Below, piece after piece: positions 12,900 through 27,091 of a DNA stretch of 64,000 nucleotides. How positions within the stretch are numbered: position 1 is the stretch's first letter; each line of letters begins with the position of its first letter. This DNA is from Octopus vulgaris (lineage: Eukaryota). Where the stretch lies: positions 68,324,001-68,388,000 of the forward strand of contig OX597826.1 in assembly GCA_951406725.2 (NCBI GenBank), written 5' to 3'. The position numbers were made by a program, and so were the translations under genes. Below the pieces are notes generated by a model that saw only the letters and a program-made list of their open reading frames with translations, did not search any database and was not told the origin of the DNA.

Positions 12900-14257
12900 C
12901 TACTTACTTTTATTGTTTAACAAAATGGATTAAACCAAATACATTTAGATTTCCATAATTTTTTAAAAATCAGTGGTTGCTTAATTTTTATGCTAATCAT
13001 ACTTAAAATCAATTAATCCTGAGATAAATTACTTTACTTATATTAATGTCCGAATTCAGTTCTTTATAATGGGGTTATCGTCACCACATTTAAAGTTACA
13101 TTTAAAGAAGTTATAAGCACATATAATTCTATCGTGTGATTATAACTCCAATTTTTTTCCACTTTTATCAAAATGATTACTATTGGAATGATGCGACATT
13201 GCTTAGCTTTCATTCTCATGTAATCCTAAATTTCTCCTTTAACAGTGTCTAGTAGAATATAAAAGACAAAAAAAAAAAAACAGTCTGTACTTTAGCTCAA
13301 TCAATTATCCTCCATTCTGACGCCAAAGTTTAAACTAATATCTTTCGACACTGCAGATTTTCCAATGAAACGTAGCGACATTTTACGTGCACAAAGATTT
13401 TAAAATAACACTATTTCTAACGGAATTTTAATGCATAAGTTAGCAGAATTTTTTCACATTTCAGTGATGGAACGACTAATATAAAACCGAGTAAATCTTT
13501 TGCAATTAACCCACTCTTTCTCTTAATCCTAATAATGATAATCTAAGTAAATACTACATTGGAATTATCCCACTGGAAGGGGCTGGTAGTTTTTCTAACT
13601 TTGATTTTGACTTTACATAATTTAGAATATACGCATTGATCACTTTAAATTAACTCTTAGCAAGATTTATTAACCTTCCTTTAGGATTAGATGTGAATTA
13701 TTCTTATGGTCTTTTAAGGTGACGTAAGCTTTACGCTTGACAGAAATTCTACCCTATTATGTAGCTTTAGTCTAATAGTTATAGCCTTACTTCATTATTA
13801 ATAGCATCATGCATATTAAACTACCTTTTCTGAAATTCTCTATAATGTTATTAGATATAAACTTAATTGAAACAGCCTTATCAAATGCGCACAAATTACT
13901 TGTGTTCTTGGAGAATTTGTAGACATGGTTGCGTTTCTTAATGCTTGTTATGTCAGATATTCGGGGAAGATAAGAATGTTTAGTATATATCCGAAGTGTT
14001 GCATTCGGTGCTTGCTTTATAGAAGTCAGCGTTTAACTACGTATTCGATACGTAATGCTATGTTTTCACTGGTTTATTGAGTTAGGAAAAAAACTCCTGT
14101 TTATTACGTTATATAGCAATGATTACATTCGCGTACACACATACAGAGCGGGCGAGGTATGGAGAGAGACAAAGACAAATAAATGTACAAAGGTGTTGTG
14201 TATATATACACACACAAACACATTTGTATATGCATATGTATGCATGTATGTATGTAA

Positions 14258-14301
<44 letters not shown>

Positions 14302-14304
<3 letters not shown>

Positions 14305-14402
14305 GGTCCCGGGTTGATTCGGGGTTAACCACAGTAAATAAGGTACTCAATACATGAATGAAACAGTTCTAGTCCTGTAGAAGCTCCTTCTATATAATAA
14401 AT
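14302..14402. mobile_element. 101-bp miniature of the 32199-33729 ribozyme element, in (TA)n
   Basis: 14302-14355 is identical to 32199-32252 and 14356-14402 is identical to 33681-33727; (TA)n on both sides. Confidence 0.92.
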
Positions 14403-14424
14403 ATATATATATATATATATATAT

Positions 14425-14788
14425 AAGTAGTTTAATGAATTATCCTAGTATGGATAAATTCGGTTAACCGATACCCAGGTAGCAAATTTACGTCAGAAAA
14501 ACACGGTTGAAGCTACAGGCCAAGGGCAGAGATCACGTGCTTTCGTGTGGAAATTTGTGTGTTTTTTTAATACAAATGAAAGAATGGAGTTGAACGACGA
14601 TTTACCAAAATTCTTTTATTCTCGACATATGCTTCGAAGACTGCATATTCCCAATTTCGAAGGAATAAGGGGTGCATTAGGCGGCATAATGCACCCATTA
14701 TTCCTTCGAAATTAGGAATATGCAGTCTTCGAAGCATATGTCGAGAATAAAGGAATTTTGGTAAATCGTCGTTCAACTCCATTCTTTC

Positions 14789-14790
<2 letters not shown>
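14425..14790. mobile_element. Fold-back PLE-like element with 104-bp inverted arms, in (TA)n
   Basis: Arms 14576-14679 / 14687-14790 (3 mismatches, 7-nt loop); arms carry the 3' half of a hammerhead (GAAGCATATGTC); related to 35850-36132. Confidence 0.85.
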
Positions 14791-14832
<42 letters not shown>

Positions 14833-14940
14833 GAAAGGACTCCGTCGGTTACGACGACGAGGGTCCCAGCTGATACGATCAACAGAACAGTCTGCTCATG
14901 AAATTAACGTGCAAGTGACTGAGCAATCCACAGACAAATA

Positions 14941-15353
14941 TTCTTTTACCTGTTTCAGTCATTTGGTTGTGGCCGTGATGGAGCAACGCTTTAGTAGAGC
15001 AAATCTACCCCAGGATTTAGTATTTGTGAGCCAAGTACTTATTCTATCGGGCTCTTTTGCCGAACTGCTAAGTTACTGGGACGTAAACAGACCAGCATCG
15101 GTTATCAAGTTATGTTGGGGGGTGGGGGAGAAACAGACATAGGCACACACACACACACACACGCACACACATATATTTATATATACATACGATGGGCTTC
15201 TTTCAGTTTCTGTCTACTACCTCCACTGACAAGGCTTTGGTCGACCCCAGGCTATAGTAGAAGACACTTGCCCATGGTGCCACACAGTGGGACTAAACAC
15301 GGAACCTTGTGGTTTGTAAATAAACTACTTACGACACAGACTCTCCTGCGCCT
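14941..15353 (-). mobile_element. SINE family A, full length
   Basis: Colinear reverse complement of family A, ending ...ctcctgcgcct. Confidence 0.9.
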
Positions 15354-15355
15354 AC

Positions 15356-15401
<46 letters not shown>

Positions 15402-15816
15402 GCGCGTGTGTTTGTGTGTGTGTGTGTGTGTGTGGTCTTGTGAGCGCAAATTAAAATATCAGAAAAGCCTACGATTTGGGAAATCTTTCTCTTTATTTTA
15501 CCGTTTAGCTAAATGTCAATCTAGGTCGAGACGAGGAATTAAGAAAGAATACCAGCCACATGCATTCTTCTTCAGGCAGGGTCGTTTTATAAATACAGGA
15601 AAAAGATCGAGCGGCTACGTTGAGTTACCCTCATGAGCGAATAATAATGTTTGGTGAGGGGATAATTTCCCTTTTGCTAACTGCTACTTATGCTTCATAG
15701 GAAAAGCCCTAACTCGAACACACAATTATATAATGCGAACCTGCAGCACAGGATTTTTTCAGTGAAGAGGTCGAAGTCTCCAAGCGACGAAAATATTTGG
15801 AAAAATTAAATTTAAA

Positions 15817-16201
15817 TGTTGTGTGGTAAGTAGCTTGTTTACCAACCACATGGTTTCGGGTTCAGTCCCACTGCGTGGCACCTTGGGCAAGTGTCTTCTA
15901 CTATAGCCTCGGGCCGACCAAAGCCTTGTGAGTGGATTTGGTAGACGGAAACTGAAAGAAGCCCGTCGTATATATATATACGTTTCTGTGTTTGTGTGTC
16001 TGTGTTTGTCCCCCTAGCATTGCTTGACAACCAATGCTGGTGTGTTTACGTCCCCGTTACTTAGCGGTTCGGCAAAATAGACCGATAGAATAAGTACTGG
16101 GCGTACAAAAGAATAAGTCCCGGGATCGATTAAAGGCGGTGCTCCAGCATGGCCGCAGTCAAATGACTGAAACAAGTAAAAGAGTAAAATAGTAAAAGAG
16201 T
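15817..16201 (+). mobile_element. SINE family A, near full length
   Basis: tRNA-like head, CORE-like ACCTTGGGCAAGTG, internal (TA)/(TG) tract, (GTAAAAGA)n tail. Confidence 0.93.
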
Positions 16202-17317
16202 AAGTGAATCTAGCGGTTTTTGTGCCTTTTTAAATGGCTTATAAGCCACTTCTACGCTGCAATCGTTTTTGTTTCAGCTAACGATAACAGATTAGGTTAC
16301 TTGCTATGTAAGTACATCACCGCAATAACATGATCATTCTGATGTGAGAAGAAAAATCAAATGGAAGTTTGCTATTCGAGTATAGCAATTATGCGAGAGT
16401 ACATGTGTGTGTCTTTGAGTGTGTGTGTTTGTGTTAGTGTGTATGTGAGTATGTGTGTGTGTGTATGTTGTGTGTGTGAGTGTTGTATTATGTTGTGTGT
16501 GTGAGTGTTGTGTTGTGCTGTGTGTGTGTGAGTGTTGTGTTGTGCTGTGTCTGTGTGTGATGTGTGTGATGTGTTGTGTTCTGTTGCATGTATGTTTGTG
16601 CGAGTGTGTGATCGTGTGTGTTGTGTTGTGTATGGGTGTGTTGTGTTGTGTGTGTGTGTGAGCGATGTGTTGTGTGTGTGTGATATGTTATATTCTGTTT
16701 GTGTTTGTGTGTGTGTGTATTTTGGTTCTGTAATGTGTGTGCGTTTGTGTGTGTGAGTGAGTGTCTATGCGTGTGTGCGTGTGCGTTATGTTTTGTTGTG
16801 TGTGCGTGAGTGTCGTCTTGTGTTGTATTTGTGTGTAATGTTGGTATTCTGTTGTGTATGTGAGAGCGTGTGTGTGTATAGGGTGTAATAAATGTAATAA
16901 ATTATTTCTTTGGAGTGTACGAAATCTTTTACTGATAGAGTTAAAGACATTCATATAAAAATAAGGTCGCATACAAGTAAAACATAAAATGAATAATTAA
17001 GAATTAGTCGACATCATCTGAAAGATAATTACAATATTAGATTTTTCTTAAATAAATATCATCAACAGAACATAACTTGGCCATATATAACACAATTTTA
17101 ATATTCTCTTATGAAAGATCAACGTAGAAGCGCACATACATACACACACACACACACACAGACACACACACAGACGCACACAGACACAGCCACTTAGACA
17201 CAGGCACACACATACACACATACAAAAAGAGAGTGATAAATAAATAGATAGACAGATAAATAGATAATTAGACAGATCGACAGACTGTCAGGCAAACAGC
17301 TTGATAGATGGATAGTT

Positions 17318-17981
<664 letters not shown>

Positions 17982-18083
17982 AGAGAGAAAAAGATAGATA
18001 GATATGATAAGACATGAGATGCCATAAATCGAATTTTATCAGAATCTGTTTGAAATCACGCATATTTGATTATATGTTTTTAG

Positions 18084-18164
18084 ACATTTATTATTACAAG
18101 CCTGGAGGAAAGACACTGCACCTGTGATCTTTGGAGGACCTCTTAGGCGGTCGAAGTTGGTGCG
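18084..18164 (+). CDS. Candidate isolated 81-bp internal coding exon (unidentified)
   Basis: Acceptor tatgtttttag, donor GCG|gtaagc, length divisible by 3, open frame HLLLQAWRKDTAPVIFGGPLRRSKLV, GC-richer than its flanks; no recognised homology. Confidence 0.3.
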
Positions 18165-18506
18165 GTAAGCGTGGCTCTGCAACAGATAAATAGTGACGTC
18201 TGTAAAACAAATTCCAGAAAACCGAACTTCTATGGAAATGGATTTTTAAGAGTTTGTTCATCGAGTGAATGGAAAGATTGTCTTCACGTGAGTGATAAAC
18301 GGTACCAATAACAGAGGTTGTTACCAGTGAAATTATAAGGGGATGTGTTACTTTTCGATTCAACCTATCTGGAGGAATTTGAAATGATAAGTATAATTGT
18401 GTGTCTGTATATGTGTGTGTGTGTTTGTGTGTAAAACCGTACATCAATGAGAGAAGCCTTCTATATTCAGTTGCTCTATAAAAGTTGATGTTATTATTTT
18501 TACGTA

Positions 18507-18738
18507 TAGTACTCGCTCGACTATCGCGGGTGTTTCGTTCCAAAATCTCACGCGATAGGTGAAAATCCGTGAAGTAGGAATTGTACTGTACTATATATAT
18601 TCTTTTTTTTACAATTTTTATATATTCATTTTATCATGAATGGAAAACAACACCACGAAGGAATCAACGTAAGCTTAAATAATAAACTGCGATAGTTGAA
18701 CCGCGATAAGTGAACCGCGATATGGCGAGGGATTACTG
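18507..18738. mobile_element. Tigger/pogo-like MITE
   Basis: Right TIR CCGCGATATGGCGAGGGATTACTG|TA; decayed left TIR TA|TAGTACTCGCTCGACTATCGCGG; TA TSD. Confidence 0.85.
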
Positions 18739-19658
18739 TATATTACAAGGAGACCCGGTTCTCTCACGGATTACTCTACTAAAACTCTTGAGGGGCGACC
18801 TGAGAAGGAGCTGACACTAGCTCTAGTGGACCCCAGAATCAGTGCAGTACACTAGAAATACCACAAAGAATAAGAAAAAGAGAGACAGAGAAAATAACAG
18901 AGAGAAAATGAGAGAAAGAGAGAATAAGATACGGAGAGAAAGAGGCGGAGACAAAGAGGGAGAGTGGGAAACAGAGTGAAAGAAAGAAAAAATAGAGCAC
19001 ATTTGGGAGTTTGATATTCGAGTGTATGGTCAAGTGACTTCATGCGGAGACGTCAGGTGCTTATTCTCTTAACTATGTCTCATTGTACAGAAGCAGGAAC
19101 CTCTGTGGCCCTTCAAGTGTGTACAAGGAATTTTGTACAGATTTTGGAGCTACTGGGGGAAATGAAACAGTTTCTAACATAGAATAGTAATGACAAAGAT
19201 TGCAATGTAAACTTTGCTATGTTGACGATTTGTATTTGTCAGAATAGGGGGTGGGAAGATGATTAGAATTTCAAATGACTCCAGGGTTCAAGCTGCGCTC
19301 TATTCCTGCTTAGCTGCGGAATGAATGAATACGCAATTAAAGCATTGAAGAACATGCAAACATGCTTCGAATATATTTATGGTTATAAACAAACACACAT
19401 ATAGAAATACCTTTCAATTTATTCCTAAAAATTAAGTTTTACAAATTTTTTACGTTTGTCATCTGAGCGGGGTCGATGTAAAAACATCTGTTAAAGAATT
19501 TTAGCATTAAATAAATTATAAAAAACGTGTTTTCTATAGGGAGAAACTGCTGTGCATGGGTAACATATAATCTTTCAGCTCAAATATATAATTCCTTTCG
19601 CAGCTAGCGTTAAACCTCATTCATTATTTGTAAGTGCATACAAGCATACGTAATCCAT

Positions 19659-19731
<73 letters not shown>

Positions 19732-19828
19732 CATACATACATACATACATACATACATACATACATACATACATACATACATACATACATACATACATAC
19801 GTATATATATATATATATATACATACAT

Positions 19829-20050
19829 CTAAAATAGGATAAAATTTTTCGAAAATAAATTTATCAATGGCCAGCATATTAAAAAATACCTATGAAGGTC
19901 AAATTTATAAGCAACTTATAAACGAGGGCAAAAGAAAAAATTATAATGCCGAAATATGCCGAAAATGGACAAATTGTCAATACCCATATAATTTATCACT
20001 ATTAACACGCGTCTCGAAGTAAGCCGAGAGAAATTTCTAAAAAAATACGT
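19829..20050. mobile_element. PLE-like terminal fragment, same family as 6821-7067
   Basis: Colinear similarity (caacttataaa..agggcaaaagaaa..aatgcc..aaatatgccgaaaa..caaattgtcaata); flanked by (TACA)/(TA) tracts. Confidence 0.65.
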
Positions 20051-20134
20051 TCATAAGTTTTATATAATATATATATATATATATAATAGAAATATTAAAA
20101 TTACTAAGTCTCTCTAAATATACATATATTTAGA

Positions 20135-20460
20135 GGATCTCTCCGTCGGTAACGACGTCGAGAGTCTCAGCTGATACGATCAACTGAACAGCATGGTCGT
20201 GAAATTAACGTGCATGTGGCTGAGCACTCCCCAGACACGTGTATCCTTAACGTAGTTCTCATTGAGATTCAGCGTGACACAAAGTGTGACAAGGCCGGCA
20301 CTTTGAAATACAGGTACTACACATTGTTGTCAACTGATTGGATTGGAGCAACATGAAATTAAGTGTTTTGCCCAAGGACACAAAACAACGTCGGGAATTG
20401 AACACACGACCTTACAATTGTGAGCCGGTTGCTTTAACCACTTAGCCACGTGTCTTCACA
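20135..20460 (-). mobile_element. tRNA/CORE-like SINE group C, tail variant 3
   Basis: tRNA-like head at 20390-20460, CORE-like segment; the 3' tail also occurs alone at 14838-14936. Confidence 0.8.
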
Positions 20461-20470
20461 CGATATCTAT

Positions 20471-20552
<82 letters not shown>

Positions 20553-20615
20553 CTATACACACACACACACATACACATGTATATACGTGTGTATGCATGT
20601 ATGCATATATATAGA

Positions 20616-20962
20616 TGCTGGTGTGACTGGTTAGAAGTTTGCTTCCCAAACGCATGGTCCAGGTACAGCCATACTGCGTGGCATCTTGGGCCAGTGCTTG
20701 GGTCAGTGTTGTGAGTCGTATATGTATGTATATATATCTGTGTGTGTCTTTTTGTCTGCGTCTGTACCCACCATCACCGCTTGATAACTGGCGTTTGTGT
20801 GAATATGACCTTGTAACTTAGCTGTTCGGCAACAGATATCTATAGAATAAGTACTAGACACAAAAAAAAAAAAAATACTTTCTGGGGTAGATTTTTTCGA
20901 CTAGAATATTTCAAGGCGACGGTCTAGCATGGCCGCAGTCAAATGCCTAACACAAAAGAATA
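20616..20962 (+). mobile_element. Diverged SINE family A
   Basis: Colinear with the family A consensus (ggcatcttggg...agaataagtact...gcatggccgcagtcaaatg). Confidence 0.75.
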
Positions 20963-21024
20963 AAAACAATAAGAGAATATATGCAATTATATGTATATAT
21001 ATATAGACATATATTACTTATTTT

Positions 21025-21071
<47 letters not shown>

Positions 21072-21085
21072 TTTATATAGTTATA

Positions 21086-21140
<55 letters not shown>

Positions 21141-21699
21141 CACACACACACACATACATATATGTAAGCATGTATGCCTACATACATATATCTAAAAAGT
21201 AGCAAAAGTAGTCTGCCCGGGAGAGCAGAGACAATTATAGGAAGAAGTGAACGTAAATAAAGCAAATGCAAATACGCCATACACCATATCACCTTTAAAG
21301 CTGATCTGTTTTTTCTATCGCGAGGAAATATTATAAAGTTAAACAAACCCCGAGATTTGTAAAGAAACGTCTGCTTAGTTCAACGCTCAGTTCTAAACAT
21401 AAAAGGTTACGACTAGAGAAGGATTGGGGGTATGCAAACCACGAAAGAAAAGTAGGTAAAGAAGACGATAGAAAAATAGATTGATAGAGGAAGCGAAAGA
21501 AGTATTTAGAGAGAATGTTTAAAAAGTTGGCAGGTAAAGAAAATGATGAATAGATATGTAGGGGTGGGGGGGCGAATAAAAGAAGGTTGGGTAGATAGAG
21601 AACGCAACAGGAAGTGGGATGGTTCGAAAATCAAATTGAAGGATGATGAAGTGGTTACATAATAAGGGAATAGCCGACACTAAAGCAAAATATGTGTGC

Positions 21700-21940
21700 G
21701 TAGCTTTACAATAAATAATAAATCTATAAGGTGTCGCAAAAGGGCAATAAAAAAATTTACGGAAGAACGATAAAAGTCTGTGACAAGAAACGTTTAGAGG
21801 TTTTATCTTTCATCAGCCGTCGCACAAAGTATCATCATAATTTCGTCACGTTTCAACAATACTGTTCAATTTGGCGACAGCAGAAACATCAGATGCTGGG
21901 GTATAGACGAACGGACACGAGTGTATTTGTTGTGGCGAGA
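21700..21940 (-). mobile_element. PLE-like terminus with a hammerhead-like motif (21779-21824)
   Basis: Minus: TGCGACGG-CTGATGA-AAG..CCTC-TAAA-CGTTTC-TTGTCACA; stem I can pair, but GAAA reads TAAA. Confidence 0.45.
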
Positions 21941-21944
21941 GCCA

Positions 21945-22350
21945 TTGACACCCACAGAGGGCTAAACATAAAGGGGACAAATAAGTACAGGCAAAGGGAT
22001 TAAGTCGATTACATCGACTCCAGTGCGTAACTAGTACTTATCTTATAGACACCAAAAGAATGAAAGGCAAAGTCAATCTCGGCGGCATTTGAACTCAGAA
22101 CGTAGCGGCAGACGAAATACCTATTTCTTTATTACCCACAAGGGGCTAAACATAGAGAGGACAAACAAGGACAGACATATGTATTAAGTCGATTACATCG
22201 ACTCCAGTGCGTAACTAGTACTTATCTTATAGACACCAAAAGAATGAAAGGCAAAGTCGACCTCGGCGGCATTTGAACTCAGAACGTAGCGGCAGACCAA
22301 ATAACGCTAAGCAATTCGCCCGGCGTGCTAACGATTGTGCCATCTCGCAA
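21945..22350 (-). mobile_element. SINE family B dimer
   Basis: Two tandem tail1 units with one head at about 22300-22350. Confidence 0.9.
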
Positions 22351-22684
22351 TATGTATATTGGTAGATCGATAGTTGAATAGATGGATATAGATATACATC
22401 ACGTGTTTTAGGCCGTATTATGTCAAACATTGCAACTAATTTATCCTGGTTTTTAATTGTATATTACTATGTGCGTCAGTGTCAAATCGATATGCTTTTG
22501 GTGTATATACATAGGTACTTTCGTTGATAGATATATCTATATACACACTCTGACACCAAAACTCATACATGCTCACGTAACCCCAATATATACTAAGCAG
22601 CAAAATAATGAAATAAAGTTTATATGTGTGTATGTGTCCGTGTGTGTATGCGTGTTTGTATAGAAAAGTATATGCCATGTGTAC

Positions 22685-22718
<34 letters not shown>

Positions 22719-23043
22719 GTGTGTGTATGTATTTATGTATGCAATGTATAAAAAGGCATTTGTGCGCTACTGCAACCATAAAGCAAAAATATCTGTCTTT
22801 TGCCGATATATATAGATGCATTCATCAAATCATGCAAACAAACAAACACACACATACGCACACACACACACATTCACACAAGCATACACACATAGATGTA
22901 GATGTGTGTATGCGTATGGGTTTTTGCTTCTATATAAATATAAGCAACAGCAACCACGAAACACACTTATCTATTACCTTTACACATACACACACAAACA
23001 AACACACACACTCACACAGAAACAAACTACCACTCTTTCAAAC

Positions 23044-23090
<47 letters not shown>

Positions 23091-23884
23091 ACAGAAACAG
23101 ATAAAGACTCTTACCCACACATACACACACACACACAAATGTTTTTGTTAGTATAAGTAACAGCAACAAGGAAACAAAAATAGCTCTAAATTACCTAGAG
23201 AACTTTCTGTTGTTGAATTACTTGTGATATCTAGGAACAATTTTCGGTTCTTCAGAAGGTTTTCATAATTCTGTAGAAATGTTAATTCAATAGAAAATCC
23301 AACGTAATTCGGTTTGCTTGACAGAAACAACGGAAAAATTTCAGAGAAAAATCCTTGAAAATTCTAATTTAAAATTTTAAAAATAATGTTGGGAAATTTT
23401 TCGAGAGGAAAGAGATAGTGATTGTTTAAGGATGGGTGGTAAAGGAGGACGAGAGTTAGTTAGTAGTGAAAGTAGGGGCTGTTAAGGGTTTCGTGGGTGG
23501 TAATGACATCTTGGAGAGCGTGGCAGTTAGACGATTACGTTTTTATTTTTTTTTTAAATCGTATATTTTGTTTGTGTAAATTTGTGAATTACTTTATTGT
23601 AAAATCGTGTTTTGATGTGGGTGTGTATGTAAAAACGTGTGTGCTTTTGCGTGTGTGTGTATGTGGGCGTGTATGGGTATGTGTGTATAAGTGTGTGTAT
23701 ATGTATGTGCCTCTACGGTGATGGTTGGTAACTGATGCTGATGATGATGTTGATGAAATTGGATTTTTGTAAGAGTAATATCCGATTGGCAAGAATTGTT
23801 TAGAATATCGTACATAATAGTTCGCAGTATTCGTCCTGGCTCTTTATGTTCTGATTTCAAATCTAGTCAAGGTTTGTGCAGTTG

Positions 23885-24260
23885 ATAGGCTTAGTGGTAT
23901 GGGTGTTGAACTCACGATCGTAAGATTGCGGTTTCGATTTCTGCACCGGGCACTGCGATGTATTATTGAGCAAAACATTTCATTTCACGTTACTCCAGTC
24001 CACCCAGCTGTAGAAATGAGTACCACCAGGGGAGGTGGGAGTACGTCACTTAGTGGTTGGATTCACGACTGTAAACGTGTGGTTTCGATCCATGGAACGG
24101 GCGATCTATTGTATTCTTGAGCAAAGCACTTCATTTCCCTGAGCTGTAGAAATACGTTTAGCCTAGAAAGAGACAGGCCCTGCCACGCTTTCACGCCCTA
24201 GATACGCTGCATGGTTGCAGCGCCCCAACGACACCCAAGGGTTTGTGGGACTTGTTTTGT
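23885..24260 (+). mobile_element. Two adjacent decayed group C SINE 5' parts
   Basis: ggcttagtgg...ggtttcgatt...ttgagcaaa.cacttcatttc occurs twice. Confidence 0.65.
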
Positions 24261-24593
24261 CAAAGGTTTCGTAGCATTTCGGCCGACTGTGTTCGTTTTA
24301 ATCGATTGGATCGATGTATATCTTCTTTAAAATATATGCGTTTATTGCAGATACAAGCTGTTCATATATTTCAGTTCCTATATTTTAGTTCGTTAGAATG
24401 TTGCACAAAATATATGTCTGGTGTTATTTCTTCTGACACGTAACATTCCGAGTTCAAATCCCGCCGGAGCCAACTTTGTCTTTCGTCACTCGCCTTTGAT
24501 AAACAAAGTAAGTCAATTACTGGATCATAAATCACATCGACTCACGTGCCCCCTATTAATTTAAAGGGCTCGTCCTGTGCCTTAAACAGAAAC

Positions 24594-24659
24594 CATTATT
24601 ATTATTATTATTATTATTGTATCATTGTATCAAGGATGATGTTGAAGATGATGATAGTA

Positions 24660-24733
<74 letters not shown>

Positions 24734-24846
24734 GATGGTGATGATGACGGTGATAATGATGGTGGTGGTGGTGGTGGTGGTGTCGATGAAGATGACAATA
24801 ATGATGTGGAATGATGACGACGACGGCGATAACGATGATGATGATT

Positions 24847-24878
<32 letters not shown>

Positions 24879-25026
24879 TAGGAGGAGGAGGAGGAGGAAG
24901 AGAAGCAAAACAGTGGATGATGATGACAAAGGCGAAGACGAAGATGATGGTGGCGGTGGTGGTGGTGGTGGTGGTGGTGGTGGTGGCTGTAATGGTGGTG
25001 GTGGTGGTGGTGGTGGTGGTGGTGGT
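24594..25026. repeat. Compound trinucleotide microsatellite (ATT/GAT/GGT/GGA)
   Basis: Directly visible runs. Confidence 0.95.
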
Positions 25027-25503
25027 TTATTATTTTCTAATGGTATTTTATAATGATAATGGCTTTGTAGTTTTTTCAGGACTCACTGAGGCTTGAGATT
25101 TTGAAAAAAAATGCTTTTTTTTTTTTTTTTTACTTTCATGTGTATTTATTTACATCATAAGATTTAGTGCGGCGCTTCCTTACAGTTTTCAATTCAGCCG
25201 TTTACAACGATGCAACGTATCTTTGCTTGAATGAAAACATTTTCAGAGATTTTGAGAGTTTGTTTATCCGTAAACGTAGATGTTTGTTGATATATTTGCA
25301 TTTACCTAAAAGATGTACGTCTCCTTATTACACATGTATGTATGTATGTATGTATTTATGTATGTATGTATGTATGTATGTATGTGGGTATTTGTGTATG
25401 TATGCGTGTGTGTGTATGTGTGTATGTGTGTCTGTGCATCTGCGATACACTTCATGTAAAATTGCATATTACGTAATCACACGTGACTGTACATACGTTC
25501 ATT

Positions 25504-25885
25504 CTCTTTTACTTGTTTCAGTCATTTGACTGTGGCCATGCTGGAGCACCGCCTTTAGTCGAGCAAATCGACCCCAGGACTTATTCTTTGTAGGGCCTAG
25601 TACTTATTCTCTAGGTCACTTTTGTCGAACTGCTAAGTTACTGGGACGTAAACACACCACCATCGGCTGTCAAGCGATGTTGGGGGGACAAACACAGACA
25701 CTCAGACATATACATACACATACATATATATATGTATACGTATATATACGCATATATACATATATATACGACGGTATTCTTTCAGTTTCCGTCTACCAAA
25801 TCCACTCATAATTCTTTGGTCGGCCCGAGGCTATAGTAGAAGAAACTTGCCCAAGTTGCCACGCAGAGGGAATGAACCCGGAACC
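25504..25885 (-). mobile_element. SINE family A, 5'-truncated
   Basis: Reverse complement of family A from the tail to gaacccggaacc. Confidence 0.9.
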
Positions 25886-26264
25886 TGTTGCCGCTTTGCT
25901 GTTGAGTACGAATTGTAATGCTCAAAGACTACTTGGACTGACATTGTCCCACTGAAAAATCCATCGCTTTAACAAAACTCCTGTCAATATTTTAGCACGA
26001 CCCTGGTTGTCTGTGTAGGATCTGACTCTATTAAAAGTATAAAAATCTAGTGTCCGAAATGTTTGTACGAACACTGGCAGTATAAATACATTATGAGATA
26101 TTTTCATGTTGAATTAGAGCGATTCTGAATTCAGTACTTTCCGAGGCCTATCGAAATATTGTTTGCCATTCCAGCTTTAATTACAACAGTTTCTTATGCA
26201 ATCTTCTCGCCAATTCCGAAGTAACATTCATCATTGTAAAACAGCGTTAGAGATTCGACTGATA

Positions 26265-26317
<53 letters not shown>

Positions 26318-26351
26318 CCGTTATATATATATATGTAGTTATCAGTCGATC

Positions 26352-26403
<52 letters not shown>

Positions 26404-26781
26404 CATCTGGTTAACAATCTTTCTTCGAGTGATTACCAAATATGAGTAATTCTGCAGACCAATCTTCATTTCTGATCGCCTAATAATATTATGACCCCAT
26501 TTACTGGCCTCATGGTGACATAAACCCCCAATGAATGTAAGTACAAATTGGGCCCATAGATTCAAGGAGGTATGGTGACACATAATCTTTTTTCTATTCT
26601 GTAGAGCATAAATCTAAACTTAGCATTACCTCCAAGTGCTGAAATGAGTTCGCCGCTCAGGAAACTGCGAACATGAAAGATTTTTCTTGGTCACGTAATA
26701 CCGCGTGTGACTATACAAGAACGTATACGAATACAAATGTGTTTATACATACACACACACGCACGGACTCGCCCAAACACT

Positions 26782-26824
<43 letters not shown>

Positions 26825-27048
26825 TATGAATATCTGTATCTGTATAACTCTGTACGTACTCATGTCCTTACGTTTCTAAATACTTAAGTGTGTCAGCGTA
26901 TAATGTCAATACCTGTAAATTTACGTCTATAAAACTGTGTATATAAGTATGACTCCATATATACACACATATACATATTTTCATATATATATATATATAT
27001 ATATATTAATATATATATACATACATATATATACATATATATATATAG

Positions 27049-27091
<43 letters not shown>

